From: an uncultured Bacteroidales bacterium
GTDB taxonomy: Bacteria > Bacillota_I > Bacilli_A > RFN20 > CAG-826
Length of the DNA: 64,000 nucleotides
Direction: 5' to 3'
Assembly (NCBI GenBank): GCA_963650805.1
Contig: CAVJMG010000001.1
Span: 334,554 to 398,553 of the forward strand
The translations under genes were made by a program, and so were the position numbers. Below are positions 30,438 to 40,055 of the stretch, piece after piece. Position 1 is the stretch's first letter, and each line of letters starts with the position of its first letter. The notes beneath the pieces were generated by a model. That model searched no databases. It was not told the DNA's origin and was given only the letters and a program-made list of their open reading frames with translations.

Positions 30438-31648
30438 CTAAGGAACGGATGAATAAAATAATCCGTTTTGCTATCTACGGGCTTTGCTCCATTCTGTTTT
30501 TCTTCTCTTTTGGTTTGGCTGGGAGGCGCCCTTACAACTACGTCAACATCGGCTTATGGGTTGTGTTGGCCATTTTATTCGCCTTTAGCCACGATTGGAA
30601 AAAGCGTTGGCATCCCGATTTGTTCTTTTTCATCAACGCTTTTTATTTATTAGTTCAGCTAGTTTCTTATGTCGCTTCCGGACTCAAGAGTTTTCCCCAA
30701 ACCACCCTTGTCATAGGCGCGACGAGCCTGATGTTGTACCAAATCCTTATTGAGGAAAAAGCCAGCAAGGACCGTTATTTCACAATTGCCGGAATAGGCT
30801 GTGCGGCATTTTTGGTTTTGTTCGCAATTATTTATAGAAACGAAATCTTCCACCCTAACATAAGCTCGAGAATCGGCAGTTTCTTTGACAACCAGAACAA
30901 CGTTGGAAGATCCCTAGCTATAATTTCGATATTGCTTTTCGCCAACGGCATCCGCAGCAAAAAAAGGATTTTTAAAGTCCTTTGGATTATTGGAGCAGCT
31001 GCTTCTTCCTACTTTTTGTTGCTTACAGGATCGGTCTCGGCGGTGCTTACCCTTTGTTTCACCGCGTTTGTAGCTATCCCACTTTCGTTTAAAAAACATC
31101 GCTGGGTCGTCTTGCTCCTCGAATCCGGTCTAGTGTTTGTGGGGATAACGCTTTTGTTTTCCATTCCGGCCCTTTCTTACTATGCCAATCGAATTTTAGG
31201 CATGTTAGGGTCAGTAGGAATCGTAAGTGGCAAAAGCGACTTGTCCTTTGAAACCCGTTTCAAAGGGGCCATAGTGGGTTTTGAGATTTTCCTGAATGCC
31301 CCCTTGACGGGTTCAGGGTATAACGCCGTTCAAACTGCGTTTTACGTTGCCGCTCACAATAACTTTTCCGAAGTTTTGGCCGATTTTGGGATTTTTGGCT
31401 TTCTGGCTTTGGAGAGTTTGTTTGTAATACCCATGGCATATCTTTTAAAAAGCAAAAAAGACGGATGGCTAACACCCTTTTCTTTGTTGCTGTTCGTTTT
31501 TTGTTTCCAGTTTTTTCTCCTTATGCACAACTCCAAGCCTGACAGTCTTATTTTAACCCTTTGCTTTGCCGCTTGTTTTAACGGAGGCTGTTACCCGGCT
31601 TTCTTAAAGCGCAAAAGAATAAAAATGGACAGGTTGAAAATTAAATGA
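30434..31648 (+). CDS. O-antigen ligase / Wzy-like polymerase family membrane protein
   Basis: 404-aa polytopic protein with a Wzy_C-like central loop region. Confidence 0.55.
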   Translation: MTKERMNKIIRFAIYGLCSILFFFSFGLAGRRPYNYVNIGLWVVLAILFAFSHDWKKRWHPDLFFFINAFYLLVQLVSYVASGLKSFPQTTLVIGATSLMLYQILIEEKASKDRYFTIAGIGCAAFLVLFAIIYRNEIFHPNISSRIGSFFDNQNNVGRSLAIISILLFANGIRSKKRIFKVLWIIGAAASSYFLLLTGSVSAVLTLCFTAFVAIPLSFKKHRWVVLLLESGLVFVGITLLFSIPALSYYANRILGMLGSVGIVSGKSDLSFETRFKGAIVGFEIFLNAPLTGSGYNAVQTAFYVAAHNNFSEVLADFGIFGFLALESLFVIPMAYLLKSKKDGWLTPFSLLLFVFCFQFFLLMHNSKPDSLILTLCFAACFNGGCYPAFLKRKRIKMDRLKIK

Positions 31649-32727
31649 GAATTCTCGAAGTGATGTCTCAAATGATGTTCCGAGGGGGAGGCGAAGTTTT
31701 TTTCGCTTCCTTGGCAACGAAATTGGAAAAAAGTGAAGACGTCTATTGTCTAATTCTACACGGCGGAATACACCCAAGTTTTGCTGCGCTCGAAGAACGC
31801 TTCAAGGGGCGGTTTTTCACTTGCCACAAACGGAATGGTTTGGATTTAAGGGCAGCGAAACGTTTCAAAGAAATAGTGAACGCAGTTCATCCGGACATTG
31901 TCCACAGTCATTGCCAATGTATAAGTACCTATTTCATAGCGTTCGGGGTACGCAAAACAAGCTTCCTCTATTTTCACACCCTGCACTCGGTCGCAAAAAA
32001 AGAAGCCCCAATTTATGACCGAACGCTAAAGAAGATTCTGATCAAGCATAACAGGCTATCACTAATCGCAATCTCCCCAGCTATCGCAAAAACAGCGGAA
32101 CATGTCTATAGAACAAAACCCACCATCATTCCCAACGGCATTGATGAAACACCCTACGTTTCTATGAAGGCGAAGCAACAATGGAACGGAAATTTCATCT
32201 GCGTAGCCGGATTCCGCCCAGTTAAGAATCACGAATTGCTTGTGCGCGGTTTTGCGGAATTGAAAAAAAGGGGCCATCCCTTCAGATTGGTTTGTTGCGG
32301 TGGCGGAGAGACCTTGGAAGTTTCAATACAATTAGCCAAAACGCTTGATATCGACAAGGAAACCACATTCACAGGATGGATAGACAATGCAACTCCTTAT
32401 TTGATTGAAGCAAATTGTTTCGTCCTAGCTTCTCATTATGAGGGCAGCCCCCTCTCCGTTATTGAAGGACTATCTTGTGCGCTGCCTTGCATCGCCCCCG
32501 ATGTCGGAGGCATCCCAGATTTGCTAAATGGTGGAAATGGGATCCTCTTCAAACCAGAGAATCCAGAATCTTTAGCTGACGCCTTGGAATTTTTCTATTT
32601 GCACCCGGACCTATATCCGGCCTATTCAGAGAAAGCGTTACAAAGCGCCAAAAAACATGGCATGGTTGAATGCGCAAGAGTTTACATTGAAACGTTTAAA
32701 TGGCATCTTGAAAATCGCAAAATCTAA
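31645..32727 (+). CDS. GT4 glycosyltransferase
   Basis: EGSPLSVIEGLSCALPCIAPDVGGIPDLL. Confidence 0.8.
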   Translation: MRILEVMSQMMFRGGGEVFFASLATKLEKSEDVYCLILHGGIHPSFAALEERFKGRFFTCHKRNGLDLRAAKRFKEIVNAVHPDIVHSHCQCISTYFIAFGVRKTSFLYFHTLHSVAKKEAPIYDRTLKKILIKHNRLSLIAISPAIAKTAEHVYRTKPTIIPNGIDETPYVSMKAKQQWNGNFICVAGFRPVKNHELLVRGFAELKKRGHPFRLVCCGGGETLEVSIQLAKTLDIDKETTFTGWIDNATPYLIEANCFVLASHYEGSPLSVIEGLSCALPCIAPDVGGIPDLLNGGNGILFKPENPESLADALEFFYLHPDLYPAYSEKALQSAKKHGMVECARVYIETFKWHLENRKI

Positions 32728-32730
32728 CGT

Positions 32731-33795
32731 TTATCGATTGTATATCTCTTCCAGTTTCTCGCAGACTCTTTCTGCGTCATAATTTTCAGAAAATTTGGCC
32801 AGTTCAGTATCAGATGCTTCTTTTCTTAAATCGAAGCTAGAAACAAATCGGGCGAGCACCTCGAAGAAGCGTTGTTCGCAACCGATATCAAATATTCCGG
32901 CTTTAGTGCCGGAAAGAACGTTTGGGATATCCCCAACATTTGAAGCAATAACTGGCAGGCCCAAGCTCATCGCTTCCAAAATTACCATGGGTAAGCCTTC
33001 AGTTTTAGATGGCAGCAAAAGCAAATCAGCTTGGCTCATATACCGTAAGACTTCATCTTTACTGACTTCGCCCCTAAAAGTGACATTGTTCAGGTTTGGA
33101 TGAGGAACATCTTTAAAATCAGGACCGACGAGAGTGAAATGGATGTCCGTATATTGCTTCGCAGCTGCATATATAGTTTCAATACCCTTTTCTTTTCGGA
33201 CATGCCCAACAAAAAGAATATTAATAACCTTTTGATTAATATGGCATTTAAGTTTTGAGAAGGAGACAAAGTTGGTCACACGGTTTATGGCCGTTTCTTT
33301 TACATTGACTTTCTTTTGAAAGAAAGACGACGATTGTTCATTTAGGACAAGGAAGCGAACACCGTTTTTATAAGCTTTTTTAAGTTCGCGAATGCAAATC
33401 CAGTCGTCATAAAAATAATTTGCATCGCAATGGCATTCCATAAAAGTCTTAATTCCCTTCTTCGCGGAATGATTAGCCATCATGCAATCCCTTATAAGCC
33501 CAAGTTTCGAACCGCCGAAATTTATATGGACTACATCCGGCATTTCTTTCTTGCAAAGACGTTTGAACTCAATCGTCTTCTTGTAATCCCTCAAAGTTGA
33601 AGCAATTTTGCGTTTTTTAGCCTTTCTAGGTGAATATAAATTTAAAAAAATAACGTGTTTGCCTTTGGCCCAATTCGACTGCAAAAAATTACCGGTCCAA
33701 GATACCACCCCTCCTGCACAAAAGGGAGAATAAGCAGATACTAGAAGCATTTTGTTTACAGTCATGTTATTTGTAATCTTTTTAGGGCAGTTCAA
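32731..33795 (-). CDS. GT4 glycosyltransferase
   Basis: EGLPMVILEAMSLGLPVIASNVGDIPNVL. Confidence 0.75.
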   Translation of the reverse strand: MNCPKKITNNMTVNKMLLVSAYSPFCAGGVVSWTGNFLQSNWAKGKHVIFLNLYSPRKAKKRKIASTLRDYKKTIEFKRLCKKEMPDVVHINFGGSKLGLIRDCMMANHSAKKGIKTFMECHCDANYFYDDWICIRELKKAYKNGVRFLVLNEQSSSFFQKKVNVKETAINRVTNFVSFSKLKCHINQKVINILFVGHVRKEKGIETIYAAAKQYTDIHFTLVGPDFKDVPHPNLNNVTFRGEVSKDEVLRYMSQADLLLLPSKTEGLPMVILEAMSLGLPVIASNVGDIPNVLSGTKAGIFDIGCEQRFFEVLARFVSSFDLRKEASDTELAKFSENYDAERVCEKLEEIYNR

Positions 33796-33919
33796 ATCGC
33801 GCGTCGCCGTATTTTAGATAATTGGGCGGAAAGTATCAAATCAACGCGAGTTGGGACTCCAAATCGAATCAATTACGATCGTTTAATGCAATTCGGCATG
33901 CTCAAAGGTCTAAATCCCC

Positions 33920-35104
33920 TTAAACGATCTCCTCAAGGCACGCTTCTATGGCGCTCATGAAAATACTCTCTTCGAGCTTGCCCTCATAAAGTCTCTTGCA
34001 CTTTGTCGAAAATTCCTCTTTCCCCCTTGAAGATAAAGAGGCGTATTCCTTAAGTGCTTTGGCCAAGCCTTCGTAATCCCCGGAATCGAGCACCTTCCCG
34101 CATTGATGCTCATCAACGAATTCTTTTGTCGCCCCAAAAGCAAGTCCATACACCGGTAGCCCCATTTTTAAATAGGACTGCACCTTACCCGGTATTGTCA
34201 GCCTCGAGAACAATTCATCGCTTAAGCCAACTAAGCCAACAGACGTCTCTTCATACACTTTCCGGAGTCCTTCCTTAGAAAGCCTTCCAAGCAAAGAAAC
34301 GTTACGCAACTGCTTCTTTGTAACGAAATCTTTTAGATAATCAGCCTCAGACCCACTTCCGGCAATGTTGAAATGGATTCTAGGATCGTCGGACAATAGT
34401 TCGGCGCATTTCATTAAGCTTTCTAGGTTCTGCGCCTTGCCTAGATTCCCCGCGAACAAAACGTTGACGGCGTTCTCCTGCAAACGGTGTTTCTCCAATG
34501 GTAAATCGTCCGCGAATTGAAGCAAGGGCGTTATCTCTATTTCATCCCCAATCAATCCGCGTATGTAATCCACGTGCGCAGGGCTAGAGACCAATATCCT
34601 GTCCATTTGGGAATAGACCTTCTTCGACACCTTTTCGAAGCGCTTATAGATCGGGGAACTAGGTTTTACTCCTCCCGCGGTTAACGAGGCCGGCCATAGA
34701 TCCATCTCATATAACAATATCGGAGTTCCGTACTTCTTCTTATACGCGATCGCTGGATATTCCATGTAAATAGGAGATAACCCAAACGCGAGGATAACGT
34801 CGAAATCTCCCGGGAGCTTTTTAGCCTCCCTGGAGCCGAAATAGCCATAGGAATAGTAATTTATGGCCCTATTGATCAAATCCTTCTTCCTGGGGTGCTC
34901 CCTAACGCGAATAACGTTAACCCCATTTATTGTTTCCCGCCGCCTCTGCTTATAGGAATAACCGGGATAAAATACCCCTTCAGGATAATTTGGGATACCC
35001 GTAAGCACGGTGACTTCATGTCCTCTAGACACAAGGCTCTCAGTAATTCGAGTCACTCGAAAGGGCTCTGGATAATAATGTTGGGATACGACAAGAATCT
35101 TCAT
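33920..35104 (-). CDS. GT4 glycosyltransferase (WbuB/PimA-like)
   Basis: MKILVVSQHYYPEPFRVTRITESLVSRGHEVTVLTGIPNYPEG…. Confidence 0.8.
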   Translation of the reverse strand: MKILVVSQHYYPEPFRVTRITESLVSRGHEVTVLTGIPNYPEGVFYPGYSYKQRRRETINGVNVIRVREHPRKKDLINRAINYYSYGYFGSREAKKLPGDFDVILAFGLSPIYMEYPAIAYKKKYGTPILLYEMDLWPASLTAGGVKPSSPIYKRFEKVSKKVYSQMDRILVSSPAHVDYIRGLIGDEIEITPLLQFADDLPLEKHRLQENAVNVLFAGNLGKAQNLESLMKCAELLSDDPRIHFNIAGSGSEADYLKDFVTKKQLRNVSLLGRLSKEGLRKVYEETSVGLVGLSDELFSRLTIPGKVQSYLKMGLPVYGLAFGATKEFVDEHQCGKVLDSGDYEGLAKALKEYASLSSRGKEEFSTKCKRLYEGKLEESIFMSAIEACLEEIV

Positions 35105-35218
35105 ACGCGATTGTTTCTTATTTAGTATGCGCTTAAATGTCCTTTTCTTATATTCGGATTGGTCTTATTCCCGCTGTTTCACAGCAAAGTCAGAAGGGGC
35201 CCCAAAATAAATAGAGGC

Positions 35219-36259
35219 TCACTTGGTTTCTTTCAAAGAATCTAAGGTCTTCTTAACCCCTTCTTTAAGAGTAAATAGAGGTTCCCACCCCAACGTCTTA
35301 AGCTTATCGCAGTCCAACAAGGCGTATGTGGCTTTAGAAGCCCCAACTTGCGCATGTTCTAAATCAAAAACTAATTTAACGTTGCAACAAGAGCAAATAT
35401 AAGAGGCGATGTCGGCCAAAGTAGAGCCGTAGTCATCATCGGATACGTTGTATGCCTGACCGCGTTCCCCCTTAAGCAAAGCGGTGAGAATGCCGCTGAC
35501 GGCGTCCACGTAATAGCAATAGGAATACCTCTGCTTCCCCTCGCTTTTAAGCACGACGTCACTCCCCTCAACGGCCGAAGAGATGAACTGGGACATGGCC
35601 TTGCTATCTTTTTTCGTTTTGTCTGGGCCAAAGCAACGGGCCAATCTCACAATGACAGAGTCAACGGAATATTGAGTCAAATAGGATTGAACCAAACTCT
35701 CGCTGACGCGCTTGGATTCGTTATAGCCCGCCCTAGAAGTGTTGCAATCGATATAGCCGCTATAAGATTCCCTAACGGGCTCGGCCCCGCATTCCCCATA
35801 AATTTCAACGCTAGAAGCGAGCAAGAAGCGTTCCGCCTTCTTTTCTCTAGCTACTTCAAGCATGTTGTAGCAGCCAAACACATTCGTCGTAATCGTCCCC
35901 ACGGGATCGGACGCATATTGGGCAGGATGCGTATTAGAGGCTAAATGCAGCACGAAATCAACGTCGCCATCTATAGCAATGGGTTTATTAACGTCTGCCT
36001 GTAGATATGCAACGTTTCCTTGAGATTCCCTTGGACGCCTTGATAATGAGATGATTTTGATGTCGTCCCCGAATAAGCGGTTACGTATCTCAAGTGTCTC
36101 TATCAAAGCGCTGCCTAAAAACCCCGTACCCCCGCTTATCAGAATCGTCTTTCCACGAAGCTTTTCCCAAGGCAATGGCAAAGTAGCGACGCGGAGCAAA
36201 TCCTCGTTAAACCCCTGCCCTACTTGAGCCATGTGTCTTTCTCCATCTTCAGGTAGCAC
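35219..36259 (-). CDS. NAD-dependent epimerase/dehydratase (extended SDR)
   Basis: ILISGGTGFLGSALIETL Rossmann motif. 346 aa. Confidence 0.7.
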   Translation of the reverse strand: MLPEDGERHMAQVGQGFNEDLLRVATLPLPWEKLRGKTILISGGTGFLGSALIETLEIRNRLFGDDIKIISLSRRPRESQGNVAYLQADVNKPIAIDGDVDFVLHLASNTHPAQYASDPVGTITTNVFGCYNMLEVAREKKAERFLLASSVEIYGECGAEPVRESYSGYIDCNTSRAGYNESKRVSESLVQSYLTQYSVDSVIVRLARCFGPDKTKKDSKAMSQFISSAVEGSDVVLKSEGKQRYSYCYYVDAVSGILTALLKGERGQAYNVSDDDYGSTLADIASYICSCCNVKLVFDLEHAQVGASKATYALLDCDKLKTLGWEPLFTLKEGVKKTLDSLKETK

Positions 36260-36936
36260 TTGAACATCTCGAGGTCGTCTTTCGTCGTGAGCTTGATGTT
36301 TTTGTCCGAGCCCGAAGCGAAATAGAGCCTCTCCCCTAACTCCACCATCATCGTATTCGTATATGAGGAACCATAGATTCCAATTTTCTTCTCAAATGCC
36401 TCATGGTAAGCCCAATCAAGTTTGCCGAATTTATAGGCTTGCGGGGTGGATACGCGCCGAAGCGTTTCCCTAGGAATGTATTTGATCGTGGATTCCTCGT
36501 CGTCCTTGACGAATATCTGCTCGTTATAGGGCATAGAGGTCACCGCGTTGCCCTTTTCTTCGCAGACGGCGATGACGTCAGAAAGCACCGAATCCTCCAC
36601 CAGCGGCCTAATGCCATCGTGGATGATGATCGTGTCATCGCTAGAAGCGATATCCTCGAGGTTATAGACCCCATTCCGGATAGACTCTTGCCCGGTCTCT
36701 CCCCCATCGACGACCCATTTGAGCTTAGTGATTCCGAATTGCTTGGCGTAAGCTTTTAGAACATCCTGCCAGCCTTTTAGGCAAACGACTTCGATGGCGT
36801 CGATTTTGGGATGACGTTGAAAGCCCTCCAAGGTGTAAATGACCACGGGTTTGTCATAAACATTGATGAATTGCTTAGGAATATCTTGGCCCATCCGGTG
36901 TCCGGAACCGGCGGCGATTATGATGGCGATGTTCAT
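36220..36936 (-). CDS. IspD/TarI-family nucleotidyltransferase (CDP-alcohol, e.g. ribitol-5-phosphate cytidylyltransferase)
   Basis: MNIAIIIAAGSGHRMGQDIPKQFINVYDKPVVIYTLEGF…. Confidence 0.75.
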   Translation of the reverse strand: MNIAIIIAAGSGHRMGQDIPKQFINVYDKPVVIYTLEGFQRHPKIDAIEVVCLKGWQDVLKAYAKQFGITKLKWVVDGGETGQESIRNGVYNLEDIASSDDTIIIHDGIRPLVEDSVLSDVIAVCEEKGNAVTSMPYNEQIFVKDDEESTIKYIPRETLRRVSTPQAYKFGKLDWAYHEAFEKKIGIYGSSYTNTMMVELGERLYFASGSDKNIKLTTKDDLEMFKCYLKMEKDTWLK

Positions 36937-36989
36937 AGCTTGGTGCCTCCAAATAAGATTTTAGGAACAAACGGGGATATAAGGTAGCC

Positions 36990-38402
36990 TCAATCATCCC
37001 CGAAGAGGTCCCTGCTGTAGACTTTCTCCTCGCACCCTTCAAGGTCTTTCGAACGCCTGTTGGCGAGGATCACCGTAGATTCCCCTATAAACCTCTCCAA
37101 ATCGTTCTCCACCCTGCTTCCGAAGAATAAGGACCCATTCGGCAAGGAGGGCTCATAAACAATGACGTTAGCCCCTTTAGCCTTGACCCGCTTCATGACG
37201 CCTTGGATGCTTGAGGATCGGAAGTTATCCGAATTCGATTTCATAGACAAACGATAGACCCCTATGGTCACTTGCTTCTCCTTGTCCTGAGAATACACCG
37301 GGGAATCCCCATAGTCGTAATACCCGGCTTTCTTAAGTACTTGGGAAGCGATCCAATCCTTCCTCGTCGCATTCGAATCGACGATGGCCTTGATGAGGTT
37401 TTGGGGAACGTCATCGTAATTGGCAAGCAATTGCTTCGTGTCCTTCGGCAGGCAATACCCCCCATAGCCAAAGCTTGGGTTGTCGTAATAATGCCCAATC
37501 CTAGGATCTAGGGCCACTCCTTTGATGATTTCCTCTGAGGATAGCCCTTTGCTTTCGGCGTACGTGTCTAGCTCATTGAAGAAGGATACCCTTAAGGCCA
37601 AGTAGGTGTTGGAGAATAGCTTCACCGACTCCGCTTCCTTATAGCCCATCAGCAATAGGGGAACGTCTTGCTTAATGGCGCCTTCTTGCAGCAAGGAGGC
37701 GAACAAGCAAGCGTCTTCCTCATCGTTTTGATGCCCAACGACGATTCTAGAGGGATAGAGATTATCATAAAGGGCCTTCGATTCCCTGAGGAATTCCGGG
37801 GAGAACAGCAGACTCTTGAAACCATACCTATCCTGTATCGAAGAGGTGTACCCAACGGGCACCGTCGACTTGATGACGATCAAGGCGTCGGGATTGACTC
37901 TTTTAGCCAAGGAGAGGACCTCCTCGACCTTAGAGGTGTCGAAATAGTTCTTCGAAGGGTCGTAATTGGTCGGGGTGGAAACGATGATGACGTCAGCCTG
38001 CTTATAGGCGCTTTCCCCATCTAGGGTCGCATGAAGGTCTAAGGCTTTAGAGGAGAGATATTCTTCAATCTCTTTGTCCACAAGCGGAGACACCCCTGCG
38101 TTGAGCTTATCGACTTTCTCCTTGTTGACGTCTACGGCGAACACCTTGTTATGCTGGGCCAATAGAATTGCCAAAGATAGGCCGACATAGCCAATGCCTG
38201 CGACGGCGATGGTGAGTTTCTTCTTCTCCCCGTAATCGAGTAGACGCTTGCAGGCGGAAAGGTAGGAGGAGCTCCCCTCCTCCCCGGTTTCGAGGTATTG
38301 GTAGTTCCTCCTAGACATCTTGCATACGGAGGCGGCTTGAATCTGGGTAAGTCCCTTAGCGAGCCTTATTTGCTTTAAGTTCATGGGATTAGGGTAAAGC
38401 AT
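36990..38402 (-). CDS. ugd: UDP-glucose 6-dehydrogenase with an N-terminal XRE-type helix-turn-helix extension
   Basis: The Ugd core (…[23 protein letters not shown]… through …DLFGDD) is preceded in-frame by [35 protein letters not shown]…. No in-frame ATG, GTG or TTG lies near the core despite a GGGGAG SD-like sequence, so the fusion appears real. The start was chosen at M83; the ORF is open up to 38648. Confidence 0.75.
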   Translation of the reverse strand: MLYPNPMNLKQIRLAKGLTQIQAASVCKMSRRNYQYLETGEEGSSSYLSACKRLLDYGEKKKLTIAVAGIGYVGLSLAILLAQHNKVFAVDVNKEKVDKLNAGVSPLVDKEIEEYLSSKALDLHATLDGESAYKQADVIIVSTPTNYDPSKNYFDTSKVEEVLSLAKRVNPDALIVIKSTVPVGYTSSIQDRYGFKSLLFSPEFLRESKALYDNLYPSRIVVGHQNDEEDACLFASLLQEGAIKQDVPLLLMGYKEAESVKLFSNTYLALRVSFFNELDTYAESKGLSSEEIIKGVALDPRIGHYYDNPSFGYGGYCLPKDTKQLLANYDDVPQNLIKAIVDSNATRKDWIASQVLKKAGYYDYGDSPVYSQDKEKQVTIGVYRLSMKSNSDNFRSSSIQGVMKRVKAKGANVIVYEPSLPNGSLFFGSRVENDLERFIGESTVILANRRSKDLEGCEEKVYSRDLFGDD

Positions 38403-38607
38403 GAATGCGCAACTGGCAAGGTTAATAAATAGGTTGCGCAATGGTTTTCCATATAGTTGCGCAAGGAAACCTTCGAACGTTCTCCAACCGTTTTTCCCGT
38501 ATTCGTCTTTCTTATTTACCGGTAATTTGAATGAAATTTTGTGCTGATTAGACAGTTTCTTTGAATTGGCAAATAATTCAGATTCCATCGCTATTTTTAG
38601 AATGAGA

Positions 38608-38674
38608 TTCCCTAAGTTGGCGCATTTCAATTCCCTAAGTTGGCGCATTTTAATTCCCTAAGTTGGCGTTTTTA
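38608..38674. repeat. Three tandem direct repeats of about 23 bp (ttccctaagttggcgcatttcaa)
   Basis: Read directly. They lie just upstream of the HTH-ugd start region. Confidence 0.85.
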
Positions 38675-38747
38675 CTTAGGATGTCGAACGGAAACAACGC
38701 CAGTTCCCCTTGGCTAGCACGTCCAATCGACCCGCGCCAGAAAAAAG

Positions 38748-38826
38748 TTGGAAAAATGCAAGATTGACCCATTTTTCGGTTGGAAAAATGCAATTTTAGG
38801 GGTGTTTTATGGTTGGAAAAATGCAA
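38748..38826. repeat. Three copies of gttggaaaaatgcaa at a period of about 32 bp
   Basis: Read directly. The plus-strand ORFs covering them are probably artefacts. Confidence 0.8.
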
Positions 38827-38962
38827 TTCAATTCCTTTTCCGAGAATTCAAAAGCCGAAAAAGTTACGATGGCTCCGAGTCATTTGCCAAATTAATCCCT
38901 GTGTTGACGCTAAAAGCGATTGGGACAAGGCAAAACGTCATCGTTTCAACCGAGTTTCTCGC

Positions 38963-39397
38963 CTATTTCTTATGCTTTTCTAGATACGACTCTTTTAGCC
39001 TATCTATCGCCATCTCCACGCTCATCGTATGGTAGGCCAAATAAGTAACGCGCATCGTCTTCGTGGGAGCTTGCCTATAGATTTCCTTGCTGCTTTCTCC
39101 TGTGTAAAAGTGCCATCTCCGATAAACGTATCCCATCCAATATAGAGTCTCGCGGTCGTAAGTCTCTCCGCCTATTTTCAGCTTGTCTTTAAGCTCATCG
39201 AGGATGCGTTCCATGATGTATTCTTTGCCCGCCCACTGCATGTGGTTGAATTCCGAGTCGAGGTCTCTAGCGATATCCGAGGTCATAAACGCTTTCACGA
39301 AGGAGTCACTATCTAAGCCCTTCTCAATGGACATTTCGAAAAGCTGCCCCTGCATGTCAGAAAGAGAGGATTGCAAAGCCCTATGCATGTAGCTCAC
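38963..39397 (-). CDS. Hypothetical protein, DUF3791-like partner of the downstream gene
   Basis: 144 aa. Overlaps the upstream gene by 17 nt. Confidence 0.4.
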   Translation of the reverse strand: MSYMHRALQSSLSDMQGQLFEMSIEKGLDSDSFVKAFMTSDIARDLDSEFNHMQWAGKEYIMERILDELKDKLKIGGETYDRETLYWMGYVYRRWHFYTGESSKEIYRQAPTKTMRVTYLAYHTMSVEMAIDRLKESYLEKHKK

Positions 39398-40034
39398 CCC
39401 TTAGGATTTCGTCGAAGTATCTTCCTTCTCTGCGGTATTTCAGCAGTGTCTCTTCCGTGAGGCTAATCCCCTCTTCTCTCCTAGCGATGCTTTTATCCCG
39501 AAGCGCCCCTAGCTCAAGAGGTGAAAGCTCTCTGCTAGAGATGATTTCAAGATGTTCGCAAGCCTTAGGCGTTTTGCAAACGTATTGATATCCCAAATCC
39601 AAAGCCGAGAGGCTACGGATGAGCGAGACATCGGTAATCTCCTTTTCGAAAAAGTTCTTCATCACGCGGTACATGCGATCGTCGGCGATATAGCCAAGCA
39701 CCACGTCGTATCCATCCGTAAGACTTGCGTACTTCTTATAGATTTCGCAGCCCTTGGCTTCGTCCATATAGCCCCTATAGCAGGCAATCAGTAGCGCCCA
39801 TTCAAGGTCCATCTTCATCTCCAAAACTTTAAGACCCGATAAATCGAGTTTCATCGTATATAAAACCGGTTTCTCCTCGCCACATATCAAAGTCAAAGCA
39901 TCCGCGGAATCGCTGCAGAGGTAAAAGCCTTTGCCAAAATCGCATGAAGCGCGACTTATCGGCGAGATTTTGCCCGCGAGGCCCTTCTTAGAGCCGTGAT
40001 AAACAATCAGGCTTTCGTCGTAATTGCGTTTCAT
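39381..40034 (-). CDS. DUF3990-like protein (putative toxin-like module)
   Basis: N-terminal …LIVYHGSKK… and …DFGKGFYLC… resemble the DUF3990 signature. Confidence 0.45.
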   Translation of the reverse strand: MKRNYDESLIVYHGSKKGLAGKISPISRASCDFGKGFYLCSDSADALTLICGEEKPVLYTMKLDLSGLKVLEMKMDLEWALLIACYRGYMDEAKGCEIYKKYASLTDGYDVVLGYIADDRMYRVMKNFFEKEITDVSLIRSLSALDLGYQYVCKTPKACEHLEIISSRELSPLELGALRDKSIARREEGISLTEETLLKYRREGRYFDEILRGELHA

Positions 40035-40055
40035 GGTTTGGTTTCGCTTTGTTTA

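Noticed and set aside
38748-39035. 95-aa plus-strand ORF (MEKCKIDPFFGWKNAILGVFYGWKNA…)
   Set aside because: Its 'GWKNA' repeats are simply the translation of the gttggaaaaatgcaa direct repeats. It lacks an RBS and runs antisense into the next gene.
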